Of a DNA stretch of 27,742 nucleotides, positions 18,236 through 24,763 are shown piece after piece. The stretch covers positions 1 to 27,742 of IMG/VR virus record IMGVR_UViG_3300037330_000002. One strand, given 5' to 3'. The notes beneath the pieces are model-generated. The model saw only the letters and a list, made by a program, of their open reading frames with translations. It was not told the DNA's origin and did not search any database. The DNA is from a virus (taxonomy: Duplodnaviria > Caudoviricetes). The translations under genes and the position numbers were made by a program. How positions within the stretch are numbered: the first letter of the stretch is position 1; every line of letters begins with the position of its first letter.

Positions 18236-18681
18236 TGGCCACACAACAGGGCGACGTTAATTTATTCCAAACACCCGACGGCGGCGACATTACAGTCGAA
18301 GGCGGACTTGTTACCATGGGCGGCGGCCTAAATACAGCCGTATACCTGTCACTATTTGGCGGCAATGAAAACGACGACGCCAGACCCGACAATTCGGCTA
18401 ATTGGTGGGGCAACATTGGCGAAGAGAACAGTTCACGCGAGTACCACAGCGAGACACAAAACTTATTGCAAGGCTTACCAGCTACAACCGGCAATCTAAA
18501 GCGACTACAGGACGCGGCAATTCGTGATCTAGATTGGATGCTCAACGACAAAGTAGCCTCGTATGTTAATGTGGTCGCCAGTATCCCAGGTGTGAATAAA
18601 ATTAAATTAACAATTGATGTCGAAGCGCTTGGCCAAGAGTCACGTTTCGAATTTGTCGAAAATTGGAAGGCGGGCGCATGA
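18235..18681 (+). CDS. Baseplate protein, Mu gp46-like
   Basis: LNTAVYLSLFG, WWGN and DLDWMLND.VA motifs. Confidence 0.85.
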   Translation: MATQQGDVNLFQTPDGGDITVEGGLVTMGGGLNTAVYLSLFGGNENDDARPDNSANWWGNIGEENSSREYHSETQNLLQGLPATTGNLKRLQDAAIRDLDWMLNDKVASYVNVVASIPGVNKIKLTIDVEALGQESRFEFVENWKAGA

Positions 18682-19874
18682 GCTTACAGACACCAATCAC
18701 AAAAGATATTAGCGACAACATAATCGCCCAGCTAGAGGCATCGCTTAATCAATCGATACCGCTATTGCCTAAAGCATTTTTAAGAGTATTAGCTAAAGCA
18801 CTGGCGGGCGTTTTTATACTACTGTATAAATATGCGGGCTTTATGTTCTTACAAATGTTTGTTCAAAGCGCTAGCATTAAAGAGACAAGTATAAACGGGG
18901 TGTTAATTTCACCATTGACCCAATGGGGCCGGTTAATAGGCATAGGCGACCCCGTAGCAGCGACTAAAGCTGAATTATTAATTGATGTAGTCGTGCAAAC
19001 CCAAACCGGGACACTACCCTCAGGCACACAGCTAGTGAATGTCGCCAACGGCGTGACCTACATCACGATAGGCGCTGTTAATTTAGACGCGTCCACAGTT
19101 CAAACAACAATACGAGCCTCGGCAGACCAGCAAGGCGGCGGTGGGGCAGGTGCGATCGGAAACTTGCAGGCCGCCGACGTTGTAACATTTGCCAACTCTT
19201 TGGCCAACGTCAGCCGAAACGCTTCTGTGGACTCCCAAACAGTCACAGGCGCAAACGCAGAGTCTACCGGAGCATACCGCCAGCGTATTGTCGATAAATT
19301 TCAAAAACGCCCGCAGGGTGGCGCATACGCGGATTATGAAGGGTGGGGCGAGGAAGTCGTCGGAATAATAAACGTCTACTCTTACACCGGCGACCCTGGC
19401 GAAGTCGATTTATACTCAGAAGCAACGGTCGCAAGTTCTGGATCAGCCGACGGAATACCCACTTCAGCGCAATTATTAGCGGTTCTTAATTCTGTGAATT
19501 TTGATCAAGACGGGCTAGCAACGCGCCGCCCCGTTAATGCGTTTGTGAATAGTAACGCAATCACTCGAACGGGTTTCAATGTGGAAATTGACGGGATAGT
19601 AGTGGATGATTTAGCGGCGGTTCAAGCAGCTATAACAGCGGCTATCACACAGTATTTTTTAGATCGCGAACCGTTTATTATCGGCCTGAGTATACCACCT
19701 AGAAGGGACCGGATAACTCAGGGAGCGGTCATAAGTATTGTTGACAGCATTGTAAGCGCCTCGGGCGGAATATTTGACACTGCCACGATAGAAGAAACGG
19801 ACACAACACCCGTGGCAACCTACGAATTAGGTATCGGAGAAAAGGCGAAAGCGGCTAGCATAGGGTTCATCTAA
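18678..19874 (+). CDS. Baseplate wedge protein, J-like (Mu gp47)
   Basis: GAIGN, GANAES..AYRQRI and PQGGAYADYE.W motifs; ATGA overlap with the gp46-like gene. Confidence 0.9.
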   Translation: MSLQTPITKDISDNIIAQLEASLNQSIPLLPKAFLRVLAKALAGVFILLYKYAGFMFLQMFVQSASIKETSINGVLISPLTQWGRLIGIGDPVAATKAELLIDVVVQTQTGTLPSGTQLVNVANGVTYITIGAVNLDASTVQTTIRASADQQGGGGAGAIGNLQAADVVTFANSLANVSRNASVDSQTVTGANAESTGAYRQRIVDKFQKRPQGGAYADYEGWGEEVVGIINVYSYTGDPGEVDLYSEATVASSGSADGIPTSAQLLAVLNSVNFDQDGLATRRPVNAFVNSNAITRTGFNVEIDGIVVDDLAAVQAAITAAITQYFLDREPFIIGLSIPPRRDRITQGAVISIVDSIVSASGGIFDTATIEETDTTPVATYELGIGEKAKAASIGFI

Positions 19875-20647
19875 TGTTTTTTAGAATTTTTCAGCACTTA
19901 CTGCCTAACGCTAGAGCGTGGCGCCTAACTGTTGATAAAAAGCTGCGCCAATTTTTTGAAGGCTTGACTTTTTTAGGCTCTGATATTAAAGAATATGTGG
20001 ATTTAATATGGTCTGATATATTCCCGCAAACCACGCGCGAGCTTAACGCATGGGAAAAACAATTCGGGCTACCCGCAACCACATTGACTATACAGGAGCG
20101 CCGAGACCGTTTAGATGCTACTTGGAAAGCATTAGGTGGGCAATCCCCCTACTACATACAAACATCACTACAGAACGCGGGGTTTAACGTGTTTGTGCAC
20201 GAATGGTGGGAGTTGTCTTATATCGTAGAATGTGGTGAACCCTTAGCAGAATGCGGCGAACCTTTGGTGGAATGCGGAAATACTAATCTCGCAATGCCCA
20301 CGGGGACGCCAACCGCTCGTGATCCATTCGATGTGTTGACGGACGGCACTATCGCGTTTGGGTATTACCTAAATAGTGGGGGTTCAGTAGCAATCAGCGG
20401 CGGGGTTCAAGCGATAAGCGGGGCGGCTACGGGTGTTTCGGGTGGGCTATTAGTCAATAAACCTGTTAATGTAGCGTATGAGATCCCAACCGATGAAGAT
20501 CAATGGCGTTACATTTTGTATTTTGGTGGCCAAGCGTACGGTCAGAAAGCAATAATTGATCTGGCTCGAAAAGACGAATTCGAGGCGTTATGCCTCAAAC
20601 TATGCCCTGCTCAGCAGTGGATAGGCTTAATTGTGGAGTTTAGTTAA
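19874..20647 (+). CDS. Baseplate wedge protein, Mu gp48 / P2 gpI-like (fibre attachment)
   Basis: LLPNARAW, PQTTRELNAWEKQFGLP, GGQSPYY and KLCPAQ motifs. Confidence 0.85.
   Translation: MFFRIFQHLLPNARAWRLTVDKKLRQFFEGLTFLGSDIKEYVDLIWSDIFPQTTRELNAWEKQFGLPATTLTIQERRDRLDATWKALGGQSPYYIQTSLQNAGFNVFVHEWWELSYIVECGEPLAECGEPLVECGNTNLAMPTGTPTARDPFDVLTDGTIAFGYYLNSGGSVAISGGVQAISGAATGVSGGLLVNKPVNVAYEIPTDEDQWRYILYFGGQAYGQKAIIDLARKDEFEALCLKLCPAQQWIGLIVEFS
20225..20278 (+). repeat. Degenerate 21-bp tandem repeat encoding (xECGEPL) x about 2.6
   Basis: VECGEPL AECGEPL VECG with synonymous differences between copies. Confidence 0.85.
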
Positions 20648-20648
20648 A

Positions 20649-21485
20649 ATGGCTTTAAATATTAACAATACCTACGCGAATAGCATCGCAGCGGATGCCG
20701 ACTATCCATTCGGATCCGCTAAAAATGAAACATCGCCGGGGGATTTAGACGGGACGCCGCTAGAAAAAGCGGGTCTGGATGATTTATACGGTTTAATGCA
20801 GTCGCTACTCGCCGCCGCAGGGCTTGTACCAAACGGCAACCCCGACACAGTTTTAGCGCCGCAATACCTAGCATCTATATTCAATTTACGCTGGTATAAC
20901 AAGGTCGACTTTGTGGTCGGCTCTAAAGTTGTGGGCTCAAACGGTGCGACATATGTGTGCAAGCAAGCAAACGGGCCCGCTAGCACAGTTCAAGACCCGG
21001 TAACAGAAGGCTCGCCACGCACAAAATGGTTAACCGAGGCGTCGAGCATGTTTGATTTACTCAACCCAGTAGGCGCTCTTTACTTCTCACACGCTTCTAA
21101 TAGCCCGGCGGACCTCTACGACGTTGGAACGTGGCTTCGAATTAAGGGCCGCTTTATAGTTGGTTTGGACGAAGCAGACACAGATTTCAATACAGTTGGC
21201 GAGACGGGCGGCACAAAAAACCACAACCATGGTAATACCTTGGATACAGTTAATCATATTTTAACAATTGACCAGATGCCCAACCACAACCACAATTATG
21301 TCCGAGAGAATACAAGGGGGGCGGGGTCAAACGGCGCATCTGATGGGGCGTCGAGTTTCTTTGACCAAGACACCTCAAGCACGGGCGGTAACCTAGGCCA
21401 CAATCACAATATTTCGGGGGCTGTGAGCGATAGAGAATTATTGCCGCCCTATCAAGTAGAATACATTTGGCGGAGAACAGCATAA
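20649..21485 (+). CDS. Tail fibre 1 (short; anchor, CBM5/12-like segment, collar/T4 gp10-C-like domain)
   Basis: PVGALY, GTWLRIKGRFIVG, GETGG, LTIDQMPNHNH and LPPYQVEYIWRRTA motifs; three HNH motifs. Confidence 0.8.
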   Translation: MALNINNTYANSIAADADYPFGSAKNETSPGDLDGTPLEKAGLDDLYGLMQSLLAAAGLVPNGNPDTVLAPQYLASIFNLRWYNKVDFVVGSKVVGSNGATYVCKQANGPASTVQDPVTEGSPRTKWLTEASSMFDLLNPVGALYFSHASNSPADLYDVGTWLRIKGRFIVGLDEADTDFNTVGETGGTKNHNHGNTLDTVNHILTIDQMPNHNHNYVRENTRGAGSNGASDGASSFFDQDTSSTGGNLGHNHNISGAVSDRELLPPYQVEYIWRRTA

Positions 21486-23365
21486 TGGCCATTAAACCAG
21501 ATTCATTATTTGTAGGAAAGATAGCTGCGGCTAGCACCGATTACCCGCTCGGCTCGGCTCGCAACGTGGTCACGTCTGGCGATGGCACGGGCACGCCTTT
21601 TTTAGCGGACTTAGTTAATGATACGTTTGGGTTTTACCAAGCGTTGCTAGCGGAGGCTGGGATAACGCCAAGTGAGAGCCCAGACACGGCAGTCAATTCG
21701 CAGTACTTGGCAGCTATATTTAAAATAAGTGGGGCTAACTTTGATACTGTTTTGGCGTTTGTCGCTGGAAAAGTCCCGGCCTCCGTCAACTTAGTTACAA
21801 CGCTTGGTTTCGGAGTTTCTGGGGATGGGGGTTTCGGTCTTTGGAAACGCACAGGAGCAACAGCTGCGCCGTCGCAAACCCCAGAGCAACGATACGCCCC
21901 GTCACTAACCGATAGTACGGGTGCTGTTTTTGACTACGTCTATGAGCGTCTGGTTAATCTTAATGCGTTAGGTATGGTTACTAATTTAAGTTGCGGCGCG
22001 GTATTAAACATAGGTTATCAAATGATACGCGACAGCTATATTTTTGTGGCCGCGTTAACAATTCCACAAATGCCCCTTGTTATCACTGCAAAGCCAGCGG
22101 TTTATTTTACAACGGAGTCCATAAACGCACAGTTATTAACGGGAACTGGTTGGGCCGTAGAATTCACTGGCGTAGCTATAGAAGGGCGTGCAACGGGTAA
22201 AACCATTTTAGATATGCTAGGTAGCCGATTTGGTCGAACCGTGGGGTTGCATATCATAGGTGATTTAACTAATAAACCAGCTCAAGGGATACAATACGGT
22301 AGGCTTGAAAGAACTGTATCGGCAGATAATTTACAATTTATAAACATAAAAACATCTGGGAGATTTACTCGCACAGCTGCGTATAATTTAGCTTCTGAAA
22401 CCGAGTACTGGGAACATTTAGAGTTATACAACGGGGAAGATGGGGATGATACCGGTGGCTTTTGTCACATTTTTGATGGTAATAATACTTTTGGAGCTAT
22501 AACAGATTTTACTGCACCTACAATGGCGCAATATGATGATATGTCTATAGTACAACACGTTTTTGTAAATCCCGACTGGAGAAAATTTACAAGTTCAGGG
22601 CCAGCAATGTGGATGAGTCGTGCTAGACAATTCGAAGTTGTTGGGGGCTACATTGTTTGTAATGACGACCACGCAATTATAATTTCTTGCGACAGCGACG
22701 AAATGCGTAACTTGAACTTTGACATGCATTTAGAAACATCGGGGGCATTAGGGCTTGTTAGATTCGAGAAAAATGGCGGCACGGCCAACACTGCGGCAAC
22801 CATTGCAGGGTTTAGGCACAGAGACCACAATTTGCAAACAGCAAACACGGTTTATCGCGTAGGCGCTAGTATGACTTTAGTTACGCTTGAAGATGCGGAT
22901 ATTCACATAGAGAGCTTTCAAACTTTACCACCAAACGGTTTAATAGTTCCAAACAGCAAAGCCCGAATACAAGGTGATATTTACGTTGATGATTCGGCGG
23001 CTTTGGGGCCGTTTGAGTTCTACGGAACTCTTAAAACTCGTAATGCCCATGCGGGGACTTACGGAGTAGGGACATATACTATAATTGACGTGGCTAACGG
23101 AGAGCAGTGGCACAAAGGCAAACATAATTTTTTAAAAGATAACGCAGATGTAATACCCGCTAATACATTAGCTACTAGGGATACGCTAGTGCTAAAAGAC
23201 GAATCAATGCAATTCCCAGCTTCTTCTGCTGCTCCCGCAATAGGTTCTTCTCGTTTTCCTTTAGCCTTAGATGATGGGTCTAATTGGTCGGGCGCTAATG
23301 CAACAGGAGCTAATCGGTTAGTTTTTTATGACGGAACTGGTTGGAAACTAGTAGATGTAACATGA
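21485..23365 (+). CDS. Tail fibre/spike 2 (probable beta-helix depolymerase-type receptor-binding protein)
   Basis: N-terminal about 80 aa paralogous to fibre 1; VTTLGF..SGDGGFGLW tailspike neck motif; Asn/Gly/Ile-rich beta body. Confidence 0.75.
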   Translation: MAIKPDSLFVGKIAAASTDYPLGSARNVVTSGDGTGTPFLADLVNDTFGFYQALLAEAGITPSESPDTAVNSQYLAAIFKISGANFDTVLAFVAGKVPASVNLVTTLGFGVSGDGGFGLWKRTGATAAPSQTPEQRYAPSLTDSTGAVFDYVYERLVNLNALGMVTNLSCGAVLNIGYQMIRDSYIFVAALTIPQMPLVITAKPAVYFTTESINAQLLTGTGWAVEFTGVAIEGRATGKTILDMLGSRFGRTVGLHIIGDLTNKPAQGIQYGRLERTVSADNLQFINIKTSGRFTRTAAYNLASETEYWEHLELYNGEDGDDTGGFCHIFDGNNTFGAITDFTAPTMAQYDDMSIVQHVFVNPDWRKFTSSGPAMWMSRARQFEVVGGYIVCNDDHAIIISCDSDEMRNLNFDMHLETSGALGLVRFEKNGGTANTAATIAGFRHRDHNLQTANTVYRVGASMTLVTLEDADIHIESFQTLPPNGLIVPNSKARIQGDIYVDDSAALGPFEFYGTLKTRNAHAGTYGVGTYTIIDVANGEQWHKGKHNFLKDNADVIPANTLATRDTLVLKDESMQFPASSAAPAIGSSRFPLALDDGSNWSGANATGANRLVFYDGTGWKLVDVT

Positions 23366-23895
23366 TGAAACATCGCATAATTGACAAAATAATCAAAGTC
23401 GAAGGCGGCTACGTTGACGACCCTAGCGATTCCGGCGGGGAGACTAACTTCGGTATAACTTTGGCCGTTGCTCGCGCCTACGGATACGAGGGGCCTATGC
23501 GTTCGCTACCCCGTTATGTGGCTTTCAGTATATACGAGACACAGTACTGGGACGCGGTCCAAGGTGACTATTTACTTAAGTTATCCGAAGCGATAACCGA
23601 AGAGGTGGTCGACACGGGCGTTAATATGGGCATTAATCGCGCCGGGCTTTTCTTGCAGCGTTCGCTTAACGTGCTAAACAACCGCCAAGGCTTATACCGC
23701 GATCTTAAAGTTGACGGTATTATCGGCCTAGCCACGGTCAGCGCCTTAACTAGATACCTTGAGCAGCGCGACGAGACAGCGTTAGTCCAGGCGCTTAACT
23801 GCTTACAAGGCGCGTTTTACATAGAGCTAGCAGAGCGTCGCGAAAAAGACGAGCGATTTGTTTACGGCTGGTTTAAAAATAGGGTAAAAATATGA
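23362..23895 (+). CDS. Endolysin, glycoside hydrolase family 108 with peptidoglycan-binding domain
   Basis: EGGYVDDPSDSGGETNFGIT catalytic motif; LQRSLN..VDGIIG..T; F.YGWF.NR C-terminus; start at 23362 or 23365. Confidence 0.92.
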   Translation: MMKHRIIDKIIKVEGGYVDDPSDSGGETNFGITLAVARAYGYEGPMRSLPRYVAFSIYETQYWDAVQGDYLLKLSEAITEEVVDTGVNMGINRAGLFLQRSLNVLNNRQGLYRDLKVDGIIGLATVSALTRYLEQRDETALVQALNCLQGAFYIELAERREKDERFVYGWFKNRVKI

Positions 23896-24269
23896 TAGGG
23901 TTTATTAAAAGTTTCATGAGCGGGGGTGCTGTTAAGTCTATTGAAAACATAGCATCTGAGTGGATAGAGACTGATCTTGAAAGCGCCGAAGCAAAAGTGC
24001 TTATGGTCAAGACATTAGACCCAAATGGACTTATGAGACGCGAGCTATCAAGACGGGTAACAGGTCTTTACACGCTCTATATTGTGGTTACGTTGGTATT
24101 GCTGATCTGCGAAAGTTTTGGTTTAGGTCCAGTCATAGACGGCCAACTATCAGTATCTCTTGCAACGGATAAAGTGGCCGATTTATTTGTCCCCATAACC
24201 ACATTGTTCGGGATCATAGTCAGCGCTAGTTTTGGCGTTAATTATGCAAACACCAAAGCCGGTAAGTAG
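23892..24269 (+). CDS. Putative holin (membrane protein)
   Basis: Overlaps the endolysin stop (ATGA); two hydrophobic segments (LYTLYIVVTLVLLI; LFVPITTLFGIIVSASFGV). Confidence 0.6.
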   Translation: MIGFIKSFMSGGAVKSIENIASEWIETDLESAEAKVLMVKTLDPNGLMRRELSRRVTGLYTLYIVVTLVLLICESFGLGPVIDGQLSVSLATDKVADLFVPITTLFGIIVSASFGVNYANTKAGK

Positions 24270-24272
24270 ACT

Positions 24273-24301
24273 TCGACCGCACCCGTAATTTCGAGTACAC
24301 T
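24273..24301 (+). promoter_or_regulatory. Putative promoter (TCGACC-17-TACACT) for the last late gene
   Basis: Intergenic, 17-nt spacer, each box 4/6 to consensus. Confidence 0.3.
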
Positions 24302-24328
24302 ATAAACAATTACTAAAGGTAAATAAGC

Positions 24329-24628
24329 GTGAACAACTTGGTTAATGATATAAAAGTAGCGTGGGCCACAGTGATGGGGACGATAGGCTCGGGAATGGGA
24401 ACCGCACTCGAAATGATTCCGAATGACATCGGCAAACTTGCTACACTGGTAGGTATTATTCTTTCGTCAGTTTTAATATACACGCACTTTAGAAAGGGCC
24501 GTATTGAATATGAGAAAACACAACTTGAAATATCGATACTTAAGGAGAAAGAAGCGGAACGCATAGAAGCTGCGAACCGCCGAAGAAACTCAGGACTACC
24601 CGCTAATCGAGAGAGTGACGCGTCTTAG
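24329..24628 (+). CDS. Small membrane protein, possibly a second holin or lysis regulator
   Basis: GTG start with AAGGT RBS; hydrophobic segment LATLVGIILSSVLIY followed by a charged tail. Confidence 0.55.
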   Translation: MNNLVNDIKVAWATVMGTIGSGMGTALEMIPNDIGKLATLVGIILSSVLIYTHFRKGRIEYEKTQLEISILKEKEAERIEAANRRRNSGLPANRESDAS

Positions 24629-24761
24629 TTTTGGCGCTGAGTTGAAAGGCAAACATATCCTGACGGTCCGGCGGTATCTTATGAAAGCCTCGATCATCAA
24701 CCGCTGTATCTGCAAACTTTCTTAATGGCTTATTTAATTTTTTAGCTCTAACTTTACTCAT
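24603..24761 (-). CDS. Small basic hypothetical protein, 52 aa (not in the ORF track)
   Basis: ATG 2 nt after the polymerase stop, AGGAAGGG upstream; MSKVRAKKLNKPLRKFADTAVDDRGFHKIPPDRQDMFAFQLSAKTKTRHSLD. Confidence 0.45.
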   Translation of the reverse strand: MSKVRAKKLNKPLRKFADTAVDDRGFHKIPPDRQDMFAFQLSAKTKTRHSLD

Positions 24762-24763
24762 AT

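Noticed and set aside
20649-23365. Invertible fibre cassette or diversity-generating retroelement
   Set aside because: Both fibre genes are on the same strand; no invertase, reverse transcriptase, flanking inverted repeats or template/variable repeat pair seen
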